A stretch of 55,408 bases of DNA from Candidatus Altiarchaeota archaeon (GCA_043813075.1 JBDRLL010000022.1:1-55408), one strand, 5' to 3'. Positions 1 to 8,987 are shown, counted from the stretch's first letter. Program-made: numbers and translations. Notes: a model not told the origin generated them from the sequence alone.

Positions 1-374
1 GCTGGGGCAGCAACAACCAAGGCAATTATTGGATAGCGAAAAACAGTTGGGGCACCGGATGGGGGCAGGGAGGATACTTCAAGATAGCATGGGGTGAGGT
101 AGGTATTGACAGCGAACTACTATTAGTAGCCAAACCACCCAACCTACCAAGCCAAAAATGCATAGACAGCGACGGAGGCAAAAACTTCAGGACCGCAGGA
201 TACGCCCGAAACTTCAAGAAGAGAAAAGACGACAAATGCCAAGGTGGGAAAAAACAGAAAGTGATAAAGAGCCTTAAGGAAGCGATATGCAAGCCAAACA
301 AGAAGGGTAAGATGAGGCCATCATACTTCAAGCACACTTGCGCCAACAAGTGCGTGAACGGCAAATGCGTTTAA
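1..374 (+). CDS. Papain-family (C1A) cysteine peptidase, C-terminal part (5' truncated), with a Cys-rich CxDSDGG tail domain
   Basis: Not in ORF track. The frame starting at nt 3 reads WGSNNQGNYWIAKNSWGTGWGQGGYFKIAWG (C1A NSWG...WG..GYF motif), then CIDSDGG...CANKCVNGKCV, with TAA at 372-374. Confidence 0.85.
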   Translation, partial: WGSNNQGNYWIAKNSWGTGWGQGGYFKIAWGEVGIDSELLLVAKPPNLPSQKCIDSDGGKNFRTAGYARNFKKRKDDKCQGGKKQKVIKSLKEAICKPNKKGKMRPSYFKHTCANKCVNGKCV

Positions 375-385
375 ATCCAGGATAC

Positions 386-1588
386 TCAGCGATTCTCTGC
401 CAGCAATTTCTCCACTACAACCCAGTCTAGCCTCTTCATCCTGGATACGACCGCCCTGTTATTCTTGCTGTTCACGTCGGGAACCCAGAAGTCCCATACA
501 ATCTCCCCGTCCCTCGTGACCTCGAATATGCGCCCCCTGTTGGTCTCGGTTATCAGCGTGTTCCCGTTAGGAAGCCTCTGACTACCACCCCTCGTGTCAG
601 AGTAGAATAGTTCCGGCGGATGACCCTCATACTCCCATACAAAACGCTTCTGAAGGGGATCGTACTCGACCACCCGCGAGAAACCCTCATTCCCCATGTT
701 GTCGAACACGAGTATGTTACCGTTATCAAGTACTGTAGGGTAATGCGGAAGCTTAAGACCGTTATCCCACCAGCTCCAGACGAGCTCTCCACGCTCCACA
801 TTTAGTATGAATATCAGATTGATGTTCCTCGCGCAGACGATCACATCCCCACTCCGAGCAACACTAATGTCGTTATGCAACAGGTTGATTGTGTTCGCGT
901 GGAATAGGCCCAGATAGGATTCTTCTTCAGCATTTCCACGCTCCTGCTTCCTCTTTATCTTAGATAGCCTTCTATCGAGGAAATCACCGACCACATCATG
1001 CAGGGACAATTCTTTAACACGCCTTCCATTGGCGTCGAGCACGACTATGAGGTTGTCTTGCAGGCTGAATACGGTGTCCAGCCGGGTTATGTTTATCCCC
1101 CTGCTGGATAGGGCGTAAACCCTGCCGTCTGGAAGTAGTGTTAGGTCATGGTGGTATGACCCCCTGTTAATCCATTGGAGTCTTGAGTCCCAGTCCAATT
1201 TGAGTATCTTATCCCTTGAGAGGATGTAAATTGAGCCGTCGCCCCCCATCTCAGCGTAAAGCTCGCGGGAGGCGTATTCCACTGGAACCTTCCACGTGTG
1301 GAGTATCCTACCGTCCATGCCCATCAAGTATACTACTCCCATGTTCTGGGGCGTGTATATGTTGACGCCGTCATACGCCTTACTGCGGTCATAGTATACC
1401 ACACCCTTCTTGTCTTCCGGAACTTCCCCAGGGATGTAGGGGAGGTATCCGATGGCATTAAGCCTCTCCAGCATCTGGTTGGAAGGGCCTTCAACACGCG
1501 TGTCTGGCTGGTAGAAGTCTATGGCAGATAGTAGTGCGGATACTGTGAACACCAATATGGAGATTAAGACCAGTATCCACCTATCCAT
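386..1588 (-). CDS. Arylsulfotransferase (ASST)-family beta-propeller protein, N-terminally anchored
   Basis: Motifs HHDL, FHANTI, PHYP, FDN, GGSQRLPNGNTLITE. Start moved to MDRWILV (ATG at 1588), just before the hydrophobic segment. Confidence 0.8.
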   Translation of the reverse strand: MDRWILVLISILVFTVSALLSAIDFYQPDTRVEGPSNQMLERLNAIGYLPYIPGEVPEDKKGVVYYDRSKAYDGVNIYTPQNMGVVYLMGMDGRILHTWKVPVEYASRELYAEMGGDGSIYILSRDKILKLDWDSRLQWINRGSYHHDLTLLPDGRVYALSSRGINITRLDTVFSLQDNLIVVLDANGRRVKELSLHDVVGDFLDRRLSKIKRKQERGNAEEESYLGLFHANTINLLHNDISVARSGDVIVCARNINLIFILNVERGELVWSWWDNGLKLPHYPTVLDNGNILVFDNMGNEGFSRVVEYDPLQKRFVWEYEGHPPELFYSDTRGGSQRLPNGNTLITETNRGRIFEVTRDGEIVWDFWVPDVNSKNNRAVVSRMKRLDWVVVEKLLAENR

Positions 1589-1650
1589 GCTCTTATTTAT
1601 CACAATAAGGGGAATAAATAGGGGTGACGCATGATTTTCACGCAGGGGAT

Positions 1651-2613
1651 GTGAAGGCATTGTTTGCTGTGTTGATGGTTGTAGTGGCGTTAGGCTGTTT
1701 GTGCACGGGAGGCGATACTCGGAGGGAATACGTCTGCCCCAACCAGCAGATCGTAGACGACCCCGGTGAATGCCCGGTCTTTGAGGACACTACGACGACG
1801 ATACTTGAAACATCCACAACACAGACCACTTCCACAACCACTACCACCACGACAAGCACTAGCAATACCACAACGACAACGACGACCACAATCATACCGC
1901 TCCGGGGTGAGGGTGAGTTATCAATCGGCTTGTGGAACCTGGGGATTTTCAGGGAGGGTGACGGAATCCAACAGGACTTGATCGACTATTATGCTGGGAA
2001 GATGAGGGAGCACGACATAATCGTCCTCCAGAGGATAAGCGAGGCCTCTGATGAGGCGTTCACTCAATTATGCGGCATGATGGGGGACTACAAGTGCGTA
2101 AAATCGAGCATGTCAGGCGAACCCGGCGACAGAGAGCAGTACGGCATCATATACAAGAACGCCATAATCATACACCCGCAGGACTGGAATTACGGCCAGT
2201 TCGCCAGTCAATTCAAGCGTCCGCCCTACGGCGTGACATTCAAGGCAGGGAACTGGACATTCCAGGTGCTTACTATACGTATTGGCCCCGATGACGTGAA
2301 GAAAGAGCTCACGCACCTTGAGACTGTCTCCCTGATCCAGGGTTATTACGGTGAAGACATTATTGTTATGGGGGATTTGAGCGCGGACTGCAGGTATTAT
2401 GACAGCCCGCCCGTGCATTTTGACTCATGGATGTGGGTTGTGCCGGATGACGGAGACACTACTTCCGGATTCTCGGATTGCGCGTACGACCGTGTGATAA
2501 TAAGCAGGCAGGCGGTGAACAACTACCGGAGGTACGGTATAATGCGGAACGTCACCCAACAACAGTCAGACAGATACTTAGTTTACGCGCAATTCAGCAC
2601 TGAAACAGCTTAA
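1651..2613 (+). CDS. Surface-anchored DNase I-like (EEP family) protein with Thr-rich stalk; catalytic residues degenerate
   Basis: Signal/lipobox-like ALGCLC, poly-Thr linker, then WNLG, EQYGIIY, FKRPPY, MGDLSADC, DTT..DCAYDRV, SDRYLV. Start uncertain (GTG at 1624 or 1651). Confidence 0.8.
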   Translation: MKALFAVLMVVVALGCLCTGGDTRREYVCPNQQIVDDPGECPVFEDTTTTILETSTTQTTSTTTTTTTSTSNTTTTTTTTIIPLRGEGELSIGLWNLGIFREGDGIQQDLIDYYAGKMREHDIIVLQRISEASDEAFTQLCGMMGDYKCVKSSMSGEPGDREQYGIIYKNAIIIHPQDWNYGQFASQFKRPPYGVTFKAGNWTFQVLTIRIGPDDVKKELTHLETVSLIQGYYGEDIIVMGDLSADCRYYDSPPVHFDSWMWVVPDDGDTTSGFSDCAYDRVIISRQAVNNYRRYGIMRNVTQQQSDRYLVYAQFSTETA

Positions 2614-2644
2614 AAAAAACAGTTAACAATTATCTATTGTAAGG

Positions 2645-3160
2645 ATGAGTGAAGAGGGGTATGGTAACCTGGTGTATGAGGAGAAACTGGAGGACCCCCA
2701 TGTTAAAAGCTATTTTAAGGTTTTTGAGAAAGGCATACTTTACGTGCAGAAGGGCAGATTATATTCCTGGATGGAGTTGGATGAAATCCGGATAATCCAC
2801 ACACCATATACCTCTGATGAGAACTGGCTTGGCATAAGGGATAAGTATGACTTCAGGGCGGTTGAGTTGAGGCTGTTAAAGAACGGCAAGACCTTAACCT
2901 CAATTCCAACGCATCTGCTGAAAACCAGCATACCGGAGCTTAAGCAGGCTATTGAACATGCGTCGGTAATACACAGGATTAATGTTGTCGTTAGGAAGAA
3001 CAACAATTTCCTTAAGATGGTCTGCGGTTACCTGGGGATTCTACTCGTCGGCTTATACATGCATATGCTCCATAGTGGGTTCACTGACGGTAGGATTATG
3101 GTTTTCATGATATTCTTGGGTATCACAGGATTCTTTATGCTGATGATCGTATTTAGTTGA
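2645..3160 (+). CDS. Hypothetical protein with two C-terminal TM helices
   Basis: 171-aa ORF filling the gap; hydrophobic C-terminus. Confidence 0.65.
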   Translation: MSEEGYGNLVYEEKLEDPHVKSYFKVFEKGILYVQKGRLYSWMELDEIRIIHTPYTSDENWLGIRDKYDFRAVELRLLKNGKTLTSIPTHLLKTSIPELKQAIEHASVIHRINVVVRKNNNFLKMVCGYLGILLVGLYMHMLHSGFTDGRIMVFMIFLGITGFFMLMIVFS

Positions 3161-3188
3161 CGGTGAAATGACTGAGGGGATTATCGCA

Positions 3189-3343
3189 TGCCCGCATCGC
3201 GATTCGAACGCGAGTCACAAGGTGTTTGCGAACGTTACCTACAGGTCATCAAGTCCCAGAGGGACGAAGATGGCCTCCGCTTGTGAACGGGGCGTGACCG
3301 TTCGCCGCAACCTCGTAGGATATCCATGCTACCCCATGCGGGC
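3189..3343 (-). tRNA. tRNA-Arg(GCG) with an 81-nt intron at 37/38 (intron 3224-3304)
   Basis: Acceptor GCCCGCA/TGCGGGC+A; anticodon arm CGAGG-TTGCGG^A-CCTTG; T arm TCGCG-TTCGAAT-CGCGA. Perfect BHB: TTGC/GCAA central helix, two 3-nt bulges, GAACG/CGTTC intron stem. Spliced length 74 nt. Confidence 0.95.
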
Positions 3344-3427
3344 GATTTTACTGTTGTTTTCTAGGCCTGGTTTTATTATGGTGTCTTCTATGTTTATATC
3401 CTTTATCACGTAATACTTTGAGTCAGG

Positions 3428-4618
3428 ATGATCAAGCGATTGGCTAAGAAGGAGGGTGTGGACGCCAGGAGAATAGAGAAGAACCTGAAGAATGGGAGTC
3501 TGGTTATTGTCAAGAACGCTGACAGGGATGTGGAACCCTTGTTGATTGGGGCTGGGGTGACCACCAAGATAAACGCTAATATAGGCGTTTCTCCCGATAG
3601 GAACAGCCTGCGCCAGGAGCTGGCTAAGGCCAGGGTTGCGGTCGAATACGGGGCGGACACGCTGATGGACTTGAGTGTTGACGGGGACATAGACAGGGTC
3701 AGGAAGAGGATCATCAAGGCCACTAGCGTGCCTTTGGGTACTGTGCCTATTTATCAGGCTTATGGTGAGAAGCGTTTGGAGTTCACGCTGGAGGATTACC
3801 TGCGGGTGTTGGAGAGGCAGTGCAGGGATGGTGTTGACTTCGTCACCATACACTCTGGGGTCACGAGAAAGACTGTTAGATACGCTATGAAGCGGATTAT
3901 TCCCATGACCAGTAGGGGCGGGTGCTTCCTCGCAGCATGGATGCGTAAGCAAGGGAGGGAAAACCCGTTGTATACCGGTTACGATGAAATATTGGAGGTT
4001 TTACGGGGTTATGATGTGACCATCAGCTTGGGTGACGGGTTGAGGCCGGGGTGCATAAGCGATGCTTCAGATAAGGCTCAGCTAGCTGAGTTGAAGACGC
4101 TTGGAGAGTTAACGGAGAGGGCTTGGAATGCTGGGGTGAAGGTTATAGTGGAGGGTCCGGGTCATGTGCCGTTAAACCAGATCGAATACAACATGAAGGT
4201 GCAGAAGAAGACGTGTAAAAACGCTCCGTTCTATGTTTTAGGCCCTCTGGTAACGGATATTGGAGTGGGTTATGACCATATCACGAGTGCCATAGGGGGT
4301 GCTTTGGCTGGCATGTATGGCGCCGACTTCCTCTGTTATGTGACGCCCAGCGAACATCTGGGGCTTCCTGACGTTAATGACGTTAGGGAGGGTGTTATGG
4401 CGTCGAGGATAGCAGCACATGCGGCAGACATAGTGAAGTTAGGTAGGAAACAGGGGGATGACGCCATGAGCAGGGCCAGGTCGCGGTTGGACTGGAACGA
4501 GATGTTCAAAAACGCCCTAGACCCGAAGATGGGGGAAAAACATCCTGGGTTGAGGAAGGCGAAGGAGTGCAGTATGTGCGGGAAATACTGTGCCCTGAAG
4601 GTGTTTAAGGAGGGTTAG
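3428..4618 (+). CDS. thiC: Phosphomethylpyrimidine synthase ThiC
   Basis: TKINANIG, GADTLMDLS, SRGG, LGDGLRPG, EGPGHVP, YVTPSEHL and C-terminal CSMCGKYC Fe-S motif. Confidence 0.96.
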   Translation: MIKRLAKKEGVDARRIEKNLKNGSLVIVKNADRDVEPLLIGAGVTTKINANIGVSPDRNSLRQELAKARVAVEYGADTLMDLSVDGDIDRVRKRIIKATSVPLGTVPIYQAYGEKRLEFTLEDYLRVLERQCRDGVDFVTIHSGVTRKTVRYAMKRIIPMTSRGGCFLAAWMRKQGRENPLYTGYDEILEVLRGYDVTISLGDGLRPGCISDASDKAQLAELKTLGELTERAWNAGVKVIVEGPGHVPLNQIEYNMKVQKKTCKNAPFYVLGPLVTDIGVGYDHITSAIGGALAGMYGADFLCYVTPSEHLGLPDVNDVREGVMASRIAAHAADIVKLGRKQGDDAMSRARSRLDWNEMFKNALDPKMGEKHPGLRKAKECSMCGKYCALKVFKEG

Positions 4619-4621
4619 TGT

Positions 4622-6637
4622 TCAGGCTGCTAGGCCGTATCTCCTGAGTACTTCGTCTTCACGGACTATTAGCACGCCGTTTTTCTGTAATTCTTCTTGA
4701 GGATAGAGGTGTGTGTTTTTCAGCGTGTTTTTGTCTGATACCCCCACCAGGTCCACGACCACTGGCTCCTGTGTCAGAGGATCCATTCCCTCAGAGTATA
4801 CTACCGCCTTGCCGCCGGTCACGCCCTCGTGGACTAGTTCCGCCATCCTCCACCCCACTTTCTGGCCCATGACCCTGTCGCGCTCGCTGGGTGTCGCCCC
4901 CCGGGCCTCATAGTTTTCAAGGACTTGGTTGACTTTGGCTGCCCCAGAGAGCTTGTGGAGCGCCTGGGTTATGAAATTGCTTATGCCCGCGAGTTTTGTT
5001 ACGTTACCATGGTCGTCCAGCTCGCTCTCCCACACAGTCTTCCCGAACTGCGCAGCGAGCTCGCGATTCCCCAGTATTATCTTCAAGTCGGCCCTTGGGT
5101 CATCCTCGTCGGCTACTTCTATTAGCATTGGGATGTCCTCCACCTTAAGGTCCCTGGACAACCATCTTTGCCGGAGAGTATCGTCTTTAGCCAGCCGATC
5201 CATCTCATGCTTTAGCTCTGGCGGCATGAATCCTTCAGCGACAACAACGACGACATTACCCTCCCTCTCGTTGATTGCCCTCGCCTCATCCGCGACAGCC
5301 CTTAATGTGGCAGGCTTCTCTGGAACGAGTATCATAACCGCCCTGCGGTATTCCTCTATCTTCCTCTGTTCCTCAGGAAGGAGCTCGTGGAAGTTCTGGG
5401 GGTAGCGCATGGCAGCCCTGTAGGGTAGTATCCCAGCGCCCCTGCCGAAAGTCTCGATGACGTGCCACTGGTCATGTGTGTCGGCGTTGGTTGCCGCAGC
5501 CCATATAGCCTCCTGATAGACCCTGACTGCGGTGTCTGCACCAAGCATCTGGCAGGGCATGTCAGTAACAGTGACTAATTTGCCCTCCTCCTCTCTCGCA
5601 GCCAAAGTGCGTCTGAGTATGGGCGGCACGCCCCCTTCAGCGGCATAAGCATCCCTTAAATCCATGGGCAGTCCTGAAGCGTCAGCTTCCTCGTATATCC
5701 TCAACTCCCCTTTTTCCCTGTCATGCTGCAGAATCCATCTTTGCCCCCTGCTTGTGACCATATTCCACCGACTCCCTGACTCGCCAGCCTCCATTGAGAT
5801 TCCTTCAGCAGTGAAGTCTCCGTTCGTCTTCAGGCCGAGCATGCTAAACCCCTCTGTGATATCTCCGATATCTGGCTTGCCCGCCAGACTGAATGGGCTT
5901 ATTAGTATGCATCCGTCATTGTCTATGCTCTTGAATGTTCCGACGACAACCATGTCCGGAAATTCCAGTGCAATATTCTCCAGAACCTTCAGGTGATCGT
6001 TGCCGCCGGTGCCATAGAAGAACCCATAGCCTCCGATGTTTGCCACAGTATTCTCGCGAAGACCCTTCTTCAATGGATCCACCCTAGCTGAACCATAGGG
6101 CGTGCTCGACTGGCCTTCAAAGTCACTTGCAGCAAGCCCTTCAACGAATATGAGCTGGTCTTCAAACTGTTCTGGCGGAACACTCAGTCCCTTCCCGGCG
6201 TTCCTAACCCCGAGCATTGCCAATTCAGGATTCAACTCGTGCAGTCTCTGCTGGAATGACGCCAGGAAGTCGGCTATGCCCGCACAGTCTCCGCCGCCGG
6301 TCATGCCTGCGCCACGCATTGAACGCGGTATTTCGGCTAGGATCTCCTCCTGTGTCCGTATGATATAACGGCCCTCATTAATCCCACGGAGCATCTCTTC
6401 ATCAGTAAGACGCTGTCTGCCAGTTAATTCAACACCTTCCCCAGCCCTTGCCGTTAGTTCAATGGGACTGTAGTCGCTCCGCAACACCCTCTTACCGCTT
6501 GTGGAAAGGCGTTCCAACACCCTCCCAGAATCCTTGTCAACAATGAAATACCCTTTTGAAGGCTTTTCAATCAGGCCAGGCACGTCAAAACCGGAGATTT
6601 CAGGACCGTGACCTCTAGTACCGACAGCCGAAGGCAT
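4622..6637 (-). CDS. Highly diverged PfkA-family 6-phosphofructokinase with ~105-aa N-terminal extension and ~125-aa internal insertion
   Basis: MTGGGDCAG, GGND, FKSIDND, LGADTA, ETFGRGAG, LVPE, VAEG, DDHGN, ARGATPSERDR all map onto PfkA motifs. Confidence 0.8.
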   Translation of the reverse strand: MPSAVGTRGHGPEISGFDVPGLIEKPSKGYFIVDKDSGRVLERLSTSGKRVLRSDYSPIELTARAGEGVELTGRQRLTDEEMLRGINEGRYIIRTQEEILAEIPRSMRGAGMTGGGDCAGIADFLASFQQRLHELNPELAMLGVRNAGKGLSVPPEQFEDQLIFVEGLAASDFEGQSSTPYGSARVDPLKKGLRENTVANIGGYGFFYGTGGNDHLKVLENIALEFPDMVVVGTFKSIDNDGCILISPFSLAGKPDIGDITEGFSMLGLKTNGDFTAEGISMEAGESGSRWNMVTSRGQRWILQHDREKGELRIYEEADASGLPMDLRDAYAAEGGVPPILRRTLAAREEEGKLVTVTDMPCQMLGADTAVRVYQEAIWAAATNADTHDQWHVIETFGRGAGILPYRAAMRYPQNFHELLPEEQRKIEEYRRAVMILVPEKPATLRAVADEARAINEREGNVVVVVAEGFMPPELKHEMDRLAKDDTLRQRWLSRDLKVEDIPMLIEVADEDDPRADLKIILGNRELAAQFGKTVWESELDDHGNVTKLAGISNFITQALHKLSGAAKVNQVLENYEARGATPSERDRVMGQKVGWRMAELVHEGVTGGKAVVYSEGMDPLTQEPVVVDLVGVSDKNTLKNTHLYPQEELQKNGVLIVREDEVLRRYGLAA

Positions 6638-6714
6638 ACTAGATACATGGAAGAACAGGAATATAAGGCCAGGTAGGATATAGGGTTTTTAACCTAGTTT
6701 TACCTGAATGATAA

Positions 6715-6879
6715 ACGCCCTCCTGCGAAGACCTCTGTGATATGATGATCGGAGCGTGTCAAGAGGAGAGGCTACATTGCGCTGGAAGGCGTCCTACACG
6801 ACCTCGAGCCGACGGCTCAAAATGGGAGTGATGCCCCAAAATTGGCGTGACTGTAGACCAACCCCAGCGCAAAACACTC
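6715..6879 (+). ncRNA. Candidate two-hairpin box H/ACA guide sRNA
   Basis: Hairpin 1 has a K-loop (CTCTG-T-GA-TATGAT-GA-T-CGGAG) and ACA at 6774-6776. Hairpin 2 has lower stem GCGCTGG/CCAGCGC, a pocket, CTACA/TGTAG, a K-turn (GA/GA plus CGT bulge) and ACA at 6874-6876. TATA-like TTTTTAA about 25 nt upstream. Confidence 0.7.
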
Positions 6880-6951
6880 TTATAAACATTTTTATAGGGA
6901 GATTCCCTATTATTCTGCTACCTTTTTAGGTTAATTTTGGAGGAATTTAAG

Positions 6952-7260
6952 ATGGAATATGTTTATGCTGCAATGCTCCTGCATTCAGCCGGGAAGGAAA
7001 TAAACGCCGAAGCCGTAGGCAAGGTATTGAAGGCTGCGGGCGTGGAAGTCGATGAAGCGCGCGTTAAGTCACTCGTCGCTTCGCTAGACGGAGTGAACAT
7101 TGACGAAGCAATAGAGAAGAGTGTTGTGACTGCCGCCGCACCAGCATCCGCACCAGCTGCACCAGCAGGAGACTCTAAGGCCGACGAGAAGAAGGCACAG
7201 GAGGAAGAGAAGGCGCATGAGGAAGAGGCTGCTAGCGGACTAGCGAGTCTTTTCGGCTAG
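6952..7260 (+). CDS. rpl12: 50S ribosomal stalk protein P1 (L12p)
   Basis: [11 protein letters not shown], Ala-rich hinge, [13 protein letters not shown]; GGAGG SD before the ATG at 6952. Confidence 0.97.
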   Translation: MEYVYAAMLLHSAGKEINAEAVGKVLKAAGVEVDEARVKSLVASLDGVNIDEAIEKSVVTAAAPASAPAAPAGDSKADEKKAQEEEKAHEEEAASGLASLFG

Positions 7261-7281
7261 AGGCTCTTTTTATATTTTTTA

Positions 7282-8445
7282 TCAGAGGCTTGAATTCTCA
7301 AGCCTCTCTAAAGCCTCTATTATCCTCTCCTTAGACCTTGTTAAAGCAATCCTGATGTATCCTTCACCGTATTCTCCGAAACCTACGCCAGGCGTCACGA
7401 CAATCCCTGTCTCATCCAGTATCCTGCCGGCGAATTCGATTGAAGACCCGCCGCCCGGGACCTTGACCCACAGGTAGAATGTCGCCTTAGGAAGCTTAAA
7501 CTCCCATCCAAGAGACTTGAGTCCTTCAGCCATCACGTCACGCCGCTCCCGGAGTATGGACACGTTCCTCTCGAACGCGTCCTGCGGTCCGTTCAACGCT
7601 TCTATGCCCGCAATCTGGACCGCGTCAAATGCTCCGGAATCCACGTTCTGCTTTATCCTACCCAAGCCAGACACTATGTCAGGGTTCCCGACCGCAAAAC
7701 CTATCCTCCATCCAGTCATATTGTACGTCTTGCTTAGCGAGTGGAATTCCATACTGCACTCCATCGCGCCAGGCACCTCCAGTATGCTGGGGGCCTTGTA
7801 TCCGTCGAACGCTATCTCACTGTAAGGCGCGTCATGGCAGACTATTATCTCGTTTTCCATCGCAAAGTCCACAGTCTCCCTTAGGAATTCCTTGTCTGCA
7901 GTGGCCGCTGTCGGGTTGTTAGGATAGTTTATGAACATGAGCCTGGCCTTCCTGAGGTCGCTGTCGCTTATTCTACCGTAGTCTGGCTTGTAGTCGTCTT
8001 CCTCGAGCAGAGGCATTGCAACAGGCTTCCCATCCGCGAATATGGTGGCCATACGGTATACCGGGTAGCCGGGATCCGAGTATAACACTATGTCGCCAGG
8101 ATTCACGAATGCGAGTGGCGTGTGGCCTATACCCTCTTTTGAACCGATTAGCGTGAGGACTTCCGTCTTAGCGTCCAAGCCAACATTGAATCTTCTCTTG
8201 TACCATCCCGCAACCGCCTCTCTGAAGGATAGCATTCCCTCATAGCTGGGGTACTTGTGCGTCGACGGGTCTAAGACCGCTTCCCTGAGTTTTTCGACTA
8301 TGTTTTCAGGCGTCGGAAGGTCCGGGTCGCCCACGCCCAGACTGATCACGTCAACACCCTTGCTCCTCTTTTCGGATATGGCCTTGTCTATCTCCGCGAA
8401 CATGTAGGGTGGGATCCTCCCAACACGTTGAGAGTATGAAACCAT
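7282..8445 (-). CDS. dapL: LL-diaminopimelate aminotransferase
   Basis: PPYMFAEID, LGVGDPD, IGSKEG, NYPNNPT, SLSKTYNMTGWRIG. Confidence 0.85.
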   Translation of the reverse strand: MVSYSQRVGRIPPYMFAEIDKAISEKRSKGVDVISLGVGDPDLPTPENIVEKLREAVLDPSTHKYPSYEGMLSFREAVAGWYKRRFNVGLDAKTEVLTLIGSKEGIGHTPLAFVNPGDIVLYSDPGYPVYRMATIFADGKPVAMPLLEEDDYKPDYGRISDSDLRKARLMFINYPNNPTAATADKEFLRETVDFAMENEIIVCHDAPYSEIAFDGYKAPSILEVPGAMECSMEFHSLSKTYNMTGWRIGFAVGNPDIVSGLGRIKQNVDSGAFDAVQIAGIEALNGPQDAFERNVSILRERRDVMAEGLKSLGWEFKLPKATFYLWVKVPGGGSSIEFAGRILDETGIVVTPGVGFGEYGEGYIRIALTRSKERIIEALERLENSSL

Positions 8446-8481
8446 TTTTTATTTATAGTCATACATGTATTAAATAAGAAA

Positions 8482-8982
8482 ATGGATGCTAGAGGGTTTG
8501 TAGCGGTATTCATCATTTTTCTATTATCATCAGGCGGCTGCATTATGGGGAGCAGTAAGAAGGAGGCTGCGCCACTTAAGTACATTGAGCCGTGCCATAT
8601 AGCACATAAGGGACTTCAGATACGGGTTGGTGGTAGTGAGCTAGACCCTGTCTCCATGAAGAAGTACATATTCCCCGTATTCGTTGATGAGTTCAACGTT
8701 CCGGCAGCCAGGGACATGCGTGAAACATTCAAGATGGATTGCTATTGGGGAAAGAATAAGGGCGAGAATAGGGACCTCTATTATTGCGGTGGCAGATATA
8801 GGGCTCCGGTGATGGATGAGTCGCGGGTGATTAAATTCCACATGTGGAAGGTGTGGAAGATAGGATTCGGGGTTGAAAAACACGATATTGGCACCTGGAT
8901 AGACTCTTCAGGCAAGATACACAACGAGGATGCCGTCTATTATCTAACAGTCAATGAAGTCAGTGAAAAATGCCATTTATAG
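8482..8982 (+). CDS. Hypothetical lipoprotein
   Basis: Signal peptide ending in SGGC; 166 aa. Confidence 0.65.
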   Translation: MDARGFVAVFIIFLLSSGGCIMGSSKKEAAPLKYIEPCHIAHKGLQIRVGGSELDPVSMKKYIFPVFVDEFNVPAARDMRETFKMDCYWGKNKGENRDLYYCGGRYRAPVMDESRVIKFHMWKVWKIGFGVEKHDIGTWIDSSGKIHNEDAVYYLTVNEVSEKCHL

Positions 8983-8987
8983 TGGCA

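Noticed and set aside
26-364. 112-aa minus-strand ORF
   Set aside because: Antisense to the C1A peptidase frame, which has clear family motifs.
3224-3304. C/D box guide or known ribozyme (twister, HDV/theta, hammerhead) in the tRNA-Arg intron or tRNA-Ser trailer
   Set aside because: TGATGA is present but there is no CTGA D box. The partial twister-like (GGTCAC..GCC, GCGGAG) and HDV L3-like loops lack the required flanking elements by eye.
3168-3413. 81-aa ORF, and likewise the ORFs at 45703-46157
   Set aside because: They overlap tRNA genes and structured non-coding sequence.
3344-3427. TPP riboswitch upstream of thiC (also checked upstream of thiE and thiM)
   Set aside because: No CTGAGA or ACCTGA core; the spacers are short AT-rich promoter regions.
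5540-5915. Intein as the explanation for the Pfk insertion (it begins with Cys)
   Set aside because: No terminal His-Asn/Gln followed by Cys/Ser/Thr, and no block B TxxH or LAGLIDADG motif.
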